DNA of 64,000 bases from Acidobacteriota bacterium (lineage in GTDB: Bacteria > Acidobacteriota > UBA890 > WLXD01). A program made the position numbers and the translations under genes. The stretch covers positions 864,001-928,000 of the forward strand of contig CAXWPL010000005.1 in the NCBI GenBank assembly GCA_963666215.2, read 5' to 3'. The notes under the pieces were generated by a model, which saw only the letters and a list, made by a program, of their open reading frames with translations, was not told the origin of the DNA and searched no databases. Shown in pieces: positions 47,707 through 58,862 of this stretch (the stretch's first letter is position 1; each line of letters opens with the position of its first letter).

Positions 47707-49512
47707 TCACTCCCCCGTCGTCTCCGTCGGCAGTTCCTGAGAGTCGACGTCCGGGCGCCTCAGGTGCCAGTCGGTTGCTGCTTGGTAGGCGTGCGCCAGT
47801 CGCAGCGCGTCGGCATCGCGGTACAAGCCGCCGATGAACGAGACGCTGACGGGTGTGCCCTCGTCGGTGAATCCGTTGGGAACGACGACGCACGGATGGC
47901 CCGTAAGGTTGGTGGCACCAACCAGGCCGCCGCGGAAGCTCGGCGCCACGAACACGTCGACGTCGCGAATGGCCTCGGAGAACAGCCGCATATACATCGT
48001 CCGTGCTCGGCTCGCCTGAATGTACTCCACGGCGGGAATCATCCGCGCCGTTCGGAAGGTGGTGGGCCACGCTCCCCGGGTCTGTCGGGTCAGCTCGTCG
48101 TCGCGATTCGAGCGCGTCAACTCATCGAACGCCGCGGCCGACTCCGCAACCAGCATGAAGCCAATTGCGTCAACCGGAAAGTCGGGAAGCGCGACCGGAA
48201 CGAGGTCGAGCCCGAGATCGTCGCGCAGCACGCGCAGCGTCTCCAAGTCGTCGGCTCGATTCTCGTAGCTCTCGCCCTCCTCGAACGCGCTCTCCAGAAA
48301 TCCGATCCGCAAATCGTCGAGCGGCCGGTACGGATCCCATCCGAAGGGGACGTCCCGTGCCGAGGGATCGAGACCGTCGGCACCATGGATGGCGGAGAAA
48401 ACCAGCGCGCAATCCTCGGCGCTGCGGCACATCGGTCCGATCTTGTCCATGCTCCAGGAGAGCGCCATGGCGCCGTTCCGGCTAACGCGACCGAACGTCG
48501 GTCGCAACCCGGTTACGCCGTTGCGCGTGCTCGGCGAGACGATGCTGCCACGGGTCTCGGTACCGATACCGAACCCAACGCAGCCGGCGGCCGTTGCCGA
48601 CCCCGGTCCGGCCGACGATCCGCTCGAGCCCTGGTCGATCTTCCAGGGGTTGCGCGTGCGGCCGCCGAACCAGTAGTCGCCCTGAGCCAGCGCACCGAGC
48701 GTGAGCTTGCCCACGAGCACGGCCCCAGCCGCTTCGAGCCGCTGCACGACCGTCGCGTCCTGGTGAATGGTCTGGTCCCTATAGGGAGCCGCTCCCCAGG
48801 TCGTGGGGTAGTCGCGCGTTGCCAGCAGGTCCTTGGCGCCCCACGGAATGCCGTGCAGCGGGCCGCGGTAGTTGCCCGCTGCGATCTCCTGATCGGCGCG
48901 GTGAGCCTGCTTCAGCGCCAGCTCCTCGGTGAGTGTCACCAGAAACTTCAGCTTCGGCTCGTAGCGACGCAAACGCCCCAGGTAAAGCTGAGTGAGCTCG
49001 GTCGAGCTGACCTTTCGGTCACGGACCAGGCTCGACAGGCTGGTGACAGGTAGGAAAGCGAGGTCGTCGCCACTCGGCACACCGCCAACAGGCGGAGCCG
49101 CCGCCCCGCTCACACGCAGCGGTGCGGAACGGTCGGAGGAAGGACTCGACGTCGACAAGACGCTGGCGGTCTCGACCCCCGGCATGGCCGGCTCGAACAC
49201 CAGCGAGGGTGGCACATCGTTCGGAATCTTCAGCTCGCGCAGCGCCGCATAGGAATCCAGGTTGCGTCCCAGTCCGCGACGCATCAGCTCGCGCTCTTCG
49301 TCGGTAAGCTCGAGCCCGGCGATCTTCTCCGCCTCGGCGATCATCGCCGAGGTAATCGGCGACTCGGGCGCCTCTTCTTGGATCCGCGCCCACAGGACGC
49401 CGGGAAAGAGCGTGCCGCTCAGGCCTGCTGCCGAGCACGCGCCCATGAAACGTCGCCGATCGAGCGCACCGTCGCTGGCGTTAGCGTCCCGTCCCAACGT
49501 GTCGTTGCCCAT
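47707..49512 (-). CDS. Amidase-signature family protein with Tat-like signal
   Basis: DRRRF; GPLHGIPWGAKD, GSSGSSAG, GTETRGSI, GLRPTFGRVS. Confidence 0.9.
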   Translation of the reverse strand: MGNDTLGRDANASDGALDRRRFMGACSAAGLSGTLFPGVLWARIQEEAPESPITSAMIAEAEKIAGLELTDEERELMRRGLGRNLDSYAALRELKIPNDVPPSLVFEPAMPGVETASVLSTSSPSSDRSAPLRVSGAAAPPVGGVPSGDDLAFLPVTSLSSLVRDRKVSSTELTQLYLGRLRRYEPKLKFLVTLTEELALKQAHRADQEIAAGNYRGPLHGIPWGAKDLLATRDYPTTWGAAPYRDQTIHQDATVVQRLEAAGAVLVGKLTLGALAQGDYWFGGRTRNPWKIDQGSSGSSAGPGSATAAGCVGFGIGTETRGSIVSPSTRNGVTGLRPTFGRVSRNGAMALSWSMDKIGPMCRSAEDCALVFSAIHGADGLDPSARDVPFGWDPYRPLDDLRIGFLESAFEEGESYENRADDLETLRVLRDDLGLDLVPVALPDFPVDAIGFMLVAESAAAFDELTRSNRDDELTRQTRGAWPTTFRTARMIPAVEYIQASRARTMYMRLFSEAIRDVDVFVAPSFRGGLVGATNLTGHPCVVVPNGFTDEGTPVSVSFIGGLYRDADALRLAHAYQAATDWHLRRPDVDSQELPTETTGE

Positions 49513-49676
49513 GTTTCCTCGCTTGTCGCAGTCGCTCCGCAGCTCGTCGCGGCGCGTGCAGTGAAGGCTGACGCGAGCCTACGCGCTGTCCTCCGGTGCA
49601 ACAAGCGTGGCTGCGACCAGCCTGATGCCCGATGGCACGCCGCGTGCCACAGAATGAAGACGAGTCGGCGCCCTTG

Positions 49677-50042
49677 CTAGGCCGGCTGGACCATCAGGTC
49701 GAGTATTGCCAGCGCCACGATTTTGGCTGCGGCCACCATGTCGTCGACCGCACACCACTCGTCCGGCTGGTGCGCCTGCTCGAGAACGCCCGGCCCATAG
49801 GCCACGCAGTGCTCGATACACGCGTGCCGCGCGAAGTGCTTCTGGTCGTACGTGCCGGGGCTCGCGACGAGCTGGGCCTCACGACCCGTCACCCGCGGGA
49901 TGGCGCGAGCAAGCGCTTCTGGCGGCGTGAAGCGCCCGTCGATGGCCGTCCATCCCCCGTCGACGAAGAGCACGCTGCCGGTGACGTAGCTGGCAGCATC
50001 CGACAGCAGAAAGACGGTCGGCGCGGCGATGTCGCCGATCAC
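49677..50042 (-). pseudogene. Chimeric remnant: SDR C-terminus fused to M20 (ArgE/DapE) C-terminus
   Basis: [22 protein letters not shown] followed directly by SPGTYDQKH...[12 protein letters not shown]. Confidence 0.75.
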
Positions 50043-50085
50043 CGCGTGTACGGCCGCTCGGTGGCAGGTGCCCGCGGGGCCTCGA

Positions 50086-51498
50086 CTACCCGGCTACCGG
50101 TAAACCTGCGCCGCGCAGCGCGTGCATGCCGGCGAAGGCCACCGCGGATGCTAGCAAACCGACGGCGCTCGGATTGAACAGAGCCCCGGCAGCCACGCCA
50201 CCCATGTAGGCCCACGTCCAGCCAGCCACGCCGGCGAACACCGCGGCCAACGCCTCCGGCTGACCGGGGCGCCGCGTGTAGAGACCAGCGACCACAGGCA
50301 CGAACAGACTCACTGTGAGCAAGCCGTAGAACACCTGCAACGAGGAGATCACCGACTGCAGCAGCAGCGCCAGGCTGACGCCAAGCACTCCTCCCAGCAG
50401 CGCACCAAGGCGAGCGACGCGCAGGACGGCTGCATCGTCGGCATCGCGCCTGATGAACCGCTTGTAGAGATCCTCCGACAGCGACGTGGAGAGCATGAAG
50501 AGAATGGCGTCCGACGAGCTCACTTCGGCCGAGAAGACCGCAGCCAAGCCCAATCCGCCGATCAATGCCGGCAGCCCGAGTAGGAGAAGCGTCGGCAGGG
50601 CGTCGTCCGGGTTCGGCAAGTCGGGAGCCACCCCGCGAGCCAGCATTCCTAACAGCACGGGAACAGCCGCGAACAGCAGCAAGCCGACGCCAGCGAGCCC
50701 AACGCCGACGCGCACAGCGCGCTCGTCGCGCGCGCCGTAAACCTTCTGAAGAAGCCCTGGCGAGATGACGAACGCGGGCGCTATGAGCGTCAGGTAGTGC
50801 CACCCCGAGGAACCGCCCCTGGAGAATCTCAGATAGTCGTTGCCGCCGGGCGGGGCTAGCGCGCCGAGGCCTTCGAACAGCGTCCCGTCGCCGAGACCAC
50901 GAAGACCCCATACCAGGGCGAGCGCAAAGCCGACAACCAGCACGCCCAACTGCAGCAGGTTGACCCAGGCCGAGCTGAGCAGACCACCGGCGGAAAAGTA
51001 AATCACCATCACGACGCCACCCAGCAGACAGCCGACCGGACGCGGCACCCCGGCAACCGTATGCAGCACCGCCGCAATCGCTATCAGCTGCGCCGCCAGG
51101 ATGACGATAGTGAGAAACCAAAGCATCCCCGTGGTGACAGCACGCAGGCCGGTGCCGTAGCGCCACTCGAGAAAGTCGCCCACCGTTAGCAGGTTGTTGT
51201 CCTTGGCCACCCGCCAGATGCGCGGCCCCACCCAGAAGGCCAGCACCAACGTGCCTATACCGGCCGAGCCAACCCACCACCAGGCACTCAGGCCGTCTCG
51301 GTAGCCCAACCGTGCGGCGCCGACCGTAGTGCCAGCCCCGATGTTCGCGGCCAGGATGGTTGCGAACAACAGGCCCGGGCCCAGCGCGCGTCCGGCGACG
51401 AAGAAACCGCCGGTGCTGTCGACGCGACGCCCAATCCAAAGGCCGACGGCGATCATCGCCACCGAATAGACCGCTAGCAACGGCAGGTGCAACGTCAC
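50086..51498 (-). CDS. Sodium:solute symporter
   Basis: [46 protein letters not shown]; start taken as GTG 51498 (ORF open to 51528). Confidence 0.9.
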   Translation of the reverse strand: MTLHLPLLAVYSVAMIAVGLWIGRRVDSTGGFFVAGRALGPGLLFATILAANIGAGTTVGAARLGYRDGLSAWWWVGSAGIGTLVLAFWVGPRIWRVAKDNNLLTVGDFLEWRYGTGLRAVTTGMLWFLTIVILAAQLIAIAAVLHTVAGVPRPVGCLLGGVVMVIYFSAGGLLSSAWVNLLQLGVLVVGFALALVWGLRGLGDGTLFEGLGALAPPGGNDYLRFSRGGSSGWHYLTLIAPAFVISPGLLQKVYGARDERAVRVGVGLAGVGLLLFAAVPVLLGMLARGVAPDLPNPDDALPTLLLLGLPALIGGLGLAAVFSAEVSSSDAILFMLSTSLSEDLYKRFIRRDADDAAVLRVARLGALLGGVLGVSLALLLQSVISSLQVFYGLLTVSLFVPVVAGLYTRRPGQPEALAAVFAGVAGWTWAYMGGVAAGALFNPSAVGLLASAVAFAGMHALRGAGLPVAG

Positions 51499-51785
51499 CG
51501 CACACTCGCAAGCTGGGCGCAAGGCCACGTGGGAAGGAGCGAGCGTTCGATCCTAGCAGTCGAGGGCGCGGGCGCGCTCGGTGGTTCACGACGCTGCGAA
51601 CGCTGAGAGCGCCACGTGCTCTCTGACCCGAAGCCTGGAACTACGACGGCCGCCCTGGCGACGCGCATGCTCGGCAAGAAAACCTGGCGTTCTCGGGCGA
51701 GAAGCAAGCCGGGTTGTGGGTGCCGGGCAACGGGTCGCCAAACGGGCGGCCGTCATCTTGGTCAGACGTCCATGGGCCGGGCGAT

Positions 51786-51862
51786 TTCCGCGAGTCAGTC
51801 GCGGAACCCATGGAGTTATTCTGAGCCGGTATTAGTCACTTGCAAATAGCATAAGTGACTAA
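51786..51862. repeat. Two perfect inverted repeats at the start of an AT-rich intergenic patch
   Basis: TTCCGCGA-N5-TCGCGGAA at 51786-51806 and TTAGTCACTT-N11-AAGTGACTAA at 51832-51862. Confidence 0.75.
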
Positions 51863-52138
51863 AGATTTGAAAAGAATTTCTTAAATCACCAAATATGATC
51901 AAGTCATCACACAAATAATCCGAGCATCGTGACGATCATCGAGGCTCATGACATGCATGACGGCACCTGTCCAGTAGTCGTGTCGCCGATCCGTACGTGC
52001 TGGCCGCCAGAGTCCGTGCCTGGCGATAACCTGGACAAGAAATTTCAACTGTCGCGCGCCCGCTGTCGCGCAATGGCGCCCTCGGCCGGTTCTGTCCATC
52101 CACCGAGGGGACGCGCCTGGCGCCCACGAGTAGCGCGC

Positions 52139-53908
52139 CTACTGGATCTCGGGTCGCAGATCCAGCAGGTGCCGGGCTTCTTCGGCGACCAGGTCGCCGC
52201 GCGCAGTGGCCTGGTAAAGCTCCCGTAGCTCGGCATGGATCCACGGGCTTGCCGGCCACTCATCGTGCAGCTCTCGGAGGATCGGCTCGGCGCGCCCCAC
52301 GTCTCCGACGCCGCCGCGCCGGTACAACGAGCGCGCCAAGATCCGGCGGCCGAAGAACCCGTCTGGCTCCAGCGCGACCAGCAACTCGCTCGCGTCGACC
52401 GCATCGTCGAATCGCTCCTGATCGAGGAGCACGTCGATGACCTTGCTGTGCGTCGCGGGCAAATACCAGTCGAGCCGCTGCGCCTCGCGCGCCGTGGCAA
52501 GCGCGTCGGCCAACGCGCCGTCCTCCTGCTGCGACCCTGCGAGCGCCAGATAGCCCCACAGCGCACGCGGGTCGAGCTCGACAGCTCGGGCATGGGCGAG
52601 CCGCTCGGCCTCGTGGTCCCCGCGCAGATGATCAATCAATCCACTGGCCACGTGTACCAAGGGATCGGCCGGATCGGTCAGCAAGGCCTCATCCATCTCC
52701 GAGCGGGCGGCCGGCAACTCGTCCATGGTGATAAACTCCCACCTCACGCCTTCGGCGCGAAATCCGATCTTCGCCGCTCGAGCTCGCGCGCACTGCGGAT
52801 CGAGTGTCAGCGCGCGATCGAGAAGCTCCTCGGCCACGGCAACGTCGTTGAGGTCCTGCTGTGCCGCGCCCTGCAGGAGCTGCGCGGCGCGGACCAGCGC
52901 GAGTGTGCCTTCGCGGCTCGTCGTGCCGCGAATCTCCGAGTCGGGACCTACCAGATCAAGCAGGTGGCTGAGACGAGTGAAGACGCTGCGCGCCAGCTCG
53001 GGGAGCCGCAGCTGAGGCTCCGGTATGCGCCAGTCTCCGCGCCAAAGATTGCCGTCGATGGCGTCAACGCTGACAACGATCTCGACAGCAGCCCCGTCCC
53101 GACGAATGCGGCCTCCGACAGTAGCGTCGGCAACAACCGACTCACCACGATCTAGACGCGCTGCCGCGCCGTCGACAACGAGTGCCAACGTGGTCTCGTT
53201 AGCGAGCTGCTCGACAATCAGGTCCGATAGCCGCTGGGCGAGCTCGTTGGACACCCCTTGCCTATCGAGCGGCTCCACCCGCAGTCGTCGCAGGCGAATC
53301 GGCTCTTCGAGCGTCTCGGCTCCTTCGCCGGTGGAGCCTGGAAATCCGCCGTCTCCGGCCCACCAGGCCAGCGCGAAGATGGCGACGGCTCCAATCCCTA
53401 CGAGCAGCCCAGACCGACGCACTCGAGCTCCGCGGACTACAACCGGAGTCGTGGCAAGCAAGGGCTCGGCATTCGGGCCGGGGGCGTTGCCGGCCTGCTG
53501 GTCGCCTCTCGCCGCCGTATCCGGCCGACCTGCGAGGCTCGCCCGCCGATCCACCTCTGGCGCCAGATCGGCGACAAACCGATAGCCGCGCCGCGGCAGC
53601 GTTTGGATAAAGCGCGGGTCGTTCGGATCGTCGCCGAGCGCCTGGCGGATCACGCTGATCGCTTTGGTGAGCGAGTCCTCGGCGACGAACGCGTCGCCCC
53701 ACGCTTCGAGCAGGTCCTCCTTGGTCAACACCGCGCCGGGCCGTTGCAGGAAGAGCTCCAAGACCATGCTCGCCCGTACCGGCAGGACGATCTCCCGGGG
53801 GCCGCTGTACAGCAGCCCTGATCCCCATTCGTAGCGGAAGCCCCCGAACGACGTGGTGCGCGGGCTGTGGGGCAGAAGGTCGCTGTCCGGCGTTTCCGAC
53901 TCTGACAT
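52139..53908 (-). CDS. CadC-like winged-helix, transmembrane and TPR regulator
   Basis: VLTKEDLLEAW..SLTKAISVIRQALGDD..FIQTLPRRGYRF; one TM helix; TPRs. Confidence 0.85.
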   Translation of the reverse strand: MSESETPDSDLLPHSPRTTSFGGFRYEWGSGLLYSGPREIVLPVRASMVLELFLQRPGAVLTKEDLLEAWGDAFVAEDSLTKAISVIRQALGDDPNDPRFIQTLPRRGYRFVADLAPEVDRRASLAGRPDTAARGDQQAGNAPGPNAEPLLATTPVVVRGARVRRSGLLVGIGAVAIFALAWWAGDGGFPGSTGEGAETLEEPIRLRRLRVEPLDRQGVSNELAQRLSDLIVEQLANETTLALVVDGAAARLDRGESVVADATVGGRIRRDGAAVEIVVSVDAIDGNLWRGDWRIPEPQLRLPELARSVFTRLSHLLDLVGPDSEIRGTTSREGTLALVRAAQLLQGAAQQDLNDVAVAEELLDRALTLDPQCARARAAKIGFRAEGVRWEFITMDELPAARSEMDEALLTDPADPLVHVASGLIDHLRGDHEAERLAHARAVELDPRALWGYLALAGSQQEDGALADALATAREAQRLDWYLPATHSKVIDVLLDQERFDDAVDASELLVALEPDGFFGRRILARSLYRRGGVGDVGRAEPILRELHDEWPASPWIHAELRELYQATARGDLVAEEARHLLDLRPEIQ

Positions 53909-54259
53909 CGAAGCCAACGCGCGGCACGGGGTTGCGGCCTGACTCGAGCTCCTGGCCCCGGTTACCGCATCTCCAGTTGCCTCGCCAGAGGTCGGCTGAC
54001 GCCGCGATTCAGCTTTTGTTCAGCGAGCTTTCAGCGATTCGTCGGGCCGCTCTCAGGACTCCTTCGTCGCGCGCGGCAACGATCTCCTGCATGCGGAAGA
54101 CAGTCCATGGGTCCCAAACAAGCACACCCGGTCGGTTGGCGACGCCAGCGTACGGGACCACGCGTTCTTGTTCAACGGGATCTTCACAGCACACGTGGCG
54201 ACCCTCGCCGTCTTCCACCCGCGTTGACTCAGGGTCGTCCCAAGCGCAGGAGAAGCGTT

Positions 54260-55633
54260 ATGTCTCGCAACACTTTGTTTCGCGTCTTGTCTTTGGTCAT
54301 GCTCGTAGCCGCGGCGCCGCCGGCGGCCAACGCCGCACAGGAGCCCTCGAACACACTCGCCACGACCGTCAGCACTGGGGAGCTGGAGGAGGGCGACACG
54401 GTCCTGCTGACCGAGGCTCGGCCCGACGGCTCCTCCTCTGAAAGGAAAGAGGCGCGATTTCTACGCTATGCGAGCGGCAACCTCTTCGTCCTGGTGGACG
54501 AGCAAACCGTCGAGGTACCTGAGGCACGCATTCTGCGGGTCAAAAAGAAGTACAACGACCCGCTCACCAACTCCCTGCTCATCGGTGCCGGGATCATCGG
54601 CGCTGGGTACGTGCTCGGAGCCATCGATGACGCCGGCTGCACCGGCTTGTGCTTCGGCCCCGGATTCACCCTGGTCTTGACCGTGCCCGTGGCGCTGCTC
54701 GCGGTGATCAGCGACCTGGTGCACCGCGGCGAGAAGACCGTGTTCGTGGCCATGTTCGGTCTGTTCGCGGCGTTCGGTTGGCTGCTGCTCGGCGGCCTCG
54801 GTGGAGTGCTTTGGCTCGGTTCGATCGGCCTGCTTTCTGCCGCCCTGGGGGCGCGAGCGTCTCCTCATCTGCTCCTCCGTGCGTACCGGGCCGAGCCGAT
54901 AGCGCCGGCTAGAGCGCCTGGTCTGTTCCGTATTCTCGAGACGCTCGCCGAGCGCGCCGGTCTGCCGGGTGCGCCGCGTCCGTACTACGTCCCGAGCAAC
55001 ATGATCAACGCGTTCGCGGTCGGGTCACGCAGCAACTCCGCAATCGGTATCACCGACGGCCTGTTGCGCGGCTTGCAGCCGCGCGAGATGCAGGCGGTCC
55101 TGGCGCACGAGATCGCGCATGTTGCGAACAACGACGCCTGGGTGCTCGGTCTGGCCGACGTCTTTACTCGTATGGTCAACGTGTTGTCGCGGGTCGGGCA
55201 GCTCATGCTCCTCATCCAGCTGCCGGCCATCCTGCTCGGCAGGCGGCCTCCGTTCTCCTTCGAGCTCTTGTTGCTCATGATCCTGGCGCCGGCGATGAGC
55301 GCGCTGCTGCAGCTGGCGCTGTCGCGCACGCGCGAGTTCGACGCCGACCTCGGCGGTGCCCGACTGACGGGCGATCCCCGCGGGCTTGCAACGGCGCTGC
55401 ACCGCATGGACCAGATGCAAGGCGGCCTCTTCGAGCACCTGCTTCGACCGGGCCGCAACGTCCCCGACCCGTCGCTGCTGCGCACGCATCCACCGACTGC
55501 GGAGCGCGTGCGTCGTCTGCTCGCAATCGAGCAGGAGCTGAAACCCCTCGCCCCTCCGGTGGCGCAGATCGCGCAACTGCGATCGCGGCCACAGGAGCGG
55601 CCGCGCTGGCGCTGGTGGGGGAACTGGTACTGA
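54260..55633 (+). CDS. Hypothetical exported domain fused to HtpX-like M48 zinc protease (possible deletion chimera)
   Basis: AGGAG RBS before ATG 54260; signal peptide; C-part NAFAVG, VLAHEIAH, SRTREFDAD, THPPTAER. Confidence 0.75.
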   Translation: MSRNTLFRVLSLVMLVAAAPPAANAAQEPSNTLATTVSTGELEEGDTVLLTEARPDGSSSERKEARFLRYASGNLFVLVDEQTVEVPEARILRVKKKYNDPLTNSLLIGAGIIGAGYVLGAIDDAGCTGLCFGPGFTLVLTVPVALLAVISDLVHRGEKTVFVAMFGLFAAFGWLLLGGLGGVLWLGSIGLLSAALGARASPHLLLRAYRAEPIAPARAPGLFRILETLAERAGLPGAPRPYYVPSNMINAFAVGSRSNSAIGITDGLLRGLQPREMQAVLAHEIAHVANNDAWVLGLADVFTRMVNVLSRVGQLMLLIQLPAILLGRRPPFSFELLLLMILAPAMSALLQLALSRTREFDADLGGARLTGDPRGLATALHRMDQMQGGLFEHLLRPGRNVPDPSLLRTHPPTAERVRRLLAIEQELKPLAPPVAQIAQLRSRPQERPRWRWWGNWY

Positions 55634-55648
55634 CGGTAAGCGGTAAAC

Positions 55649-55816
55649 ATGAGACACGAGAGGGTTGACCGCGGACACGTCTTCGGCGTTGCCCAGCGGG
55701 TGCTCGACGATCTGGAGCTCCACGGCTCGGCGCTCGTCGCGCGTCCCGAGGGCTCGACGACGAGCACCGACGGCAACCGCTGGCGCCTACGGCTCGAGGC
55801 CACGTTCGCCCTGTAA
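55649..55816 (+). pseudogene. 55-aa ORF, possible beta-barrel C-terminal remnant
   Basis: Ends DGNRWRLRLEATFAL*, an alternating pattern like a terminal outer-membrane beta strand. Confidence 0.3.
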
Positions 55817-55834
55817 GCCGAGGGGAGCTGGCGG

Positions 55835-58687
55835 CTAGTGAGCCGCCGAGGCCGCCTGCCCGGCAAGGCGCTCGAAGCTCTCGGCGGTGGCCGCCGACCA
55901 GCCGCCAATCACCTGCATCACACGGCCCGTGTCGTCGAGCAGTACCGACAGCGGAACGCTGATCCGGCCGCCGACGTACAGATCGGCGACGGCCTGGTCT
56001 TGGCTGACATAAATCGGGTACCGCGCACCGATCTGTTCGACGTAGCCGGCCACGGCGCCGAGTGTCTGGGTATCTATGCTGACGCCGACCAGATCAATGC
56101 CCTGTGCGTCGAAGCTGGACTGCAGACCTTGCAACTCGGGCATCTCGAGTCGGCAGGGCACACACCACGTGGCCCAAAGGTTCACCAGCAGCCGCCGGCC
56201 CGGAGACAACAGCTGACGAAGCGACGCCGGGTCGGGCCCGGCGAGCTTCGCGCCATCCGGGATCTGCTCCTTCGTGAGCATCTGAAGGTCGGGGAACACC
56301 TCGCCAGGCCGGAAAGTCAGGCTGGTCAACAACCGCTCTTCGCTTGAGAGCGGGTCCACCAGCGAGAACCGGCTCTCTGCCACCAGCGAGTTGCGGCCAC
56401 CCTCGGTGATCTCGAGCGTCGTTCCCGCCGGAATCCCCGACCGCCACGACCCTGGCAACCGCGACACGCGCTGCTGGGCGCCGCTCGGCCAGGCAACCTC
56501 TATCCACTCCGCCCCCGAGCTGTCGCCAAGACCGAACAGCAACCGCGGATCGTTCTGCGCCAGGAAGCCCGACCCCGCCGATTTCACCGCGGTCTGAATC
56601 CCAGCCGCCGTCTTGACGCGCACCACGGCACCGAAGGCGTCGAGGCCGCTGGCGGCGCCAATCAGGCGAACGCGCACGAAGCCGCGATCGCTGCCAACGT
56701 TGTTGCGGAACAGCTCGTGCCCGTCGCGCTGCAGCGAGACCAGCACGATGTCGGTGTCGCCGTCGTTGTCGAAATCGGCGAAGGCGGCTCCACGCCCGTC
56801 GCCGATTGAATCGAGGCCCGACACGCCGGAGATGTCGATGAGGCGTTCGCCTCGATCGCTCATCCCGAGGTAGTCGCGCTCATAGCCGCTGAACGACATG
56901 CCTTCCTTGAAGATCGCCGCCATGTGATTGTCGGCGTACTCGGCGTTGCCCGCCTCCTCGATTTCTGCCTGGGCAGCCACAACGTGGCGCCAGAAGGTGC
57001 TTCACGTGTCGTCCATCGTCTTGCCCGAGATGAAGCCATTGGGCGTGTAGACGTCCTGCCATCCGTCGTTGTCGAAATCGAAGAAGCCGCCGCCCCAAGC
57101 CCAGCCGGCCGATATGCCGCCGAGATCTTGTGTGGCGTCGGTGAAGCCGCCCTCGCCGTCGCCGCGGTAAATCGAGTTGCCCGAGGCGAGCTTCTTGAGG
57201 AGCTCCGTGTCGGAGGTCGCACCGGGCAACAGGCGGCTGAGGATCCGGTTGCCGGCGGTCGACGACATGTTGGAGACGTGCAGGTCGAGGCTGCCGTCGT
57301 TGTCGAAGTCGCCAAATGACACGCCCATCCCGTTGCCCGGGTCGAGCACGCCACGCTCGGCCGCCACGTCCCGAAAACGGCCGCCCTCGTTGAGGTACAG
57401 GCCGTTCTCGCCGAAATCGTTGGCCACGTACAGGTCCTGGTCGGCATCACCGTCGATGTCGGCGAACGCCGCAGCATAGCTCCAGCGGCCGTCGCGCACT
57501 CCCCACTCGGAGCCAGCCTCCCGAAACCGCAGGTCTCCCTGGTTGATGAACAGCAGGTTCGGGGTGCCGTTGGTCGCTTGGTGCCAGGAGTTGGGCATCA
57601 CCAGGCCGTAGCGATTGTAGGAGGCCACGTAGACATCGCCGAGCCCGTCGCTATTGACATCGGCAACGGCAACGCTGAAGCCAACCGCGTCGCGATCGAC
57701 ACCGGCGCGCAGCGACACATCAAAAAACCGCAGCGCGCCGTCTGGAATCAAACGGTTCTCGAGAAACATCTGACCACCGACCGAGGCCATGAACAGGTCC
57801 TGGTCACCGTCGTTGTCGGCATCGAAGAAAACGGCGCCGGTCGCCGGCGGAGTGAATCCGAGCAGTGACGACTCCGAGACGTCGACGAAGCCACCGTCGC
57901 CGTCGTTCAAGTACAGGACGTTGCGCTCGACACCCGTGGTCAGGAGGTCGACAAGCCCGTCGTTGTCGACGTCGGCAACAGCAGGACCGTGGGCGATGAC
58001 CGTGTCGTTAGGCGCTGTCCCGAAGTTGGGGAAATGGGTGCCGACGCCCGCGGGTAGGGCGACCTCGTCGAACAGGTCGCGCTCGGCCAGCGTCGAGCGC
58101 ATCGATTCGATGTCAACACGCTCGATCTGCCAGCGGCCCTCCCCCACTCCGCGGGCGGTCATTCGCAGCCATGCCACCATCCATTCGCGTCGGCCCCTTC
58201 CATCCCGGCCAACGATCTTGAACTCGACCCGAGCGGTCCCCAGCTCGTTGTCACCAGGCTCGAACATCGACTCCTTCACCTTGAAGCGCGCATCTTCAAT
58301 GGTGCCGAAGTGAGCCAGGATCGCGCCGAAACGATCGAGAAAGTCGTCACGACCTAGCGCCACCGCGGTCGGCTCGAGTGTCCAGTCGTGGCTCCAGAGC
58401 CAGTCGCGCTGTTGCTCCGGCTCCGCTGGCGCGCCTGGCAGCATCGGACTGACGATGGTATCGGCCCAATGCGACGCGATACGGGCCGCGTCGCGATCCC
58501 GTGTGGCCACCGACAACTCGAGCAGATCGTTAGCGAGCGACTCCGAGAGGTTCTCTAGCCTCTCGAGCGCAGCGCGATCGAGGTCTTGTGACGCGCTCGC
58601 TCCGATGAGCGTCGTCAGCGCCAGAAACGCACCGAGAGCAGCCGCTGGTCGTCGTAGCAATGGGTACCCCAAGCGAGCCCGACTCAT
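55835..58687 (-). CDS. Secreted FG-GAP (CRTAC1-like) + ASPIC/UnbV + TlpA protein with in-frame TGA at codon 562 (candidate Sec)
   Basis: ORFs 57002-58861 and 55835-56980 share one frame: GKTMDDT-TGA-STFWRHVVAAQ; six DxDxDG repeats before the TGA and a seventh after it; LLFGLG..VAWPSG; NLWATWCVPC. Confidence 0.8.
56972..56991 (-). promoter_or_regulatory. Bacterial SECIS-like hairpin 3' of the in-frame UGA
   Basis: mRNA UGA-AGCACCUUCU-GGCGCCAC-GUU-GUGGC-U-GCC; apical loop starts GU, with 18 nt between UGA and loop; one bulged U. Confidence 0.6.
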
Positions 58688-58862
58688 GCCCACATCCTGG
58701 CGGGGAGCTTGATTCGTTCCATAATGAGGATAAGCATATCTTGTATTCCACTTATGCGACAACAAACCCAACGCTTGGTGACCGCGTCGCCGTGAGCCGG
58801 CAAGCGGATTCTCGCAGATCGGCACCTTACTCGGGACCCACCTTGCGGGCAACGCCGCCATC

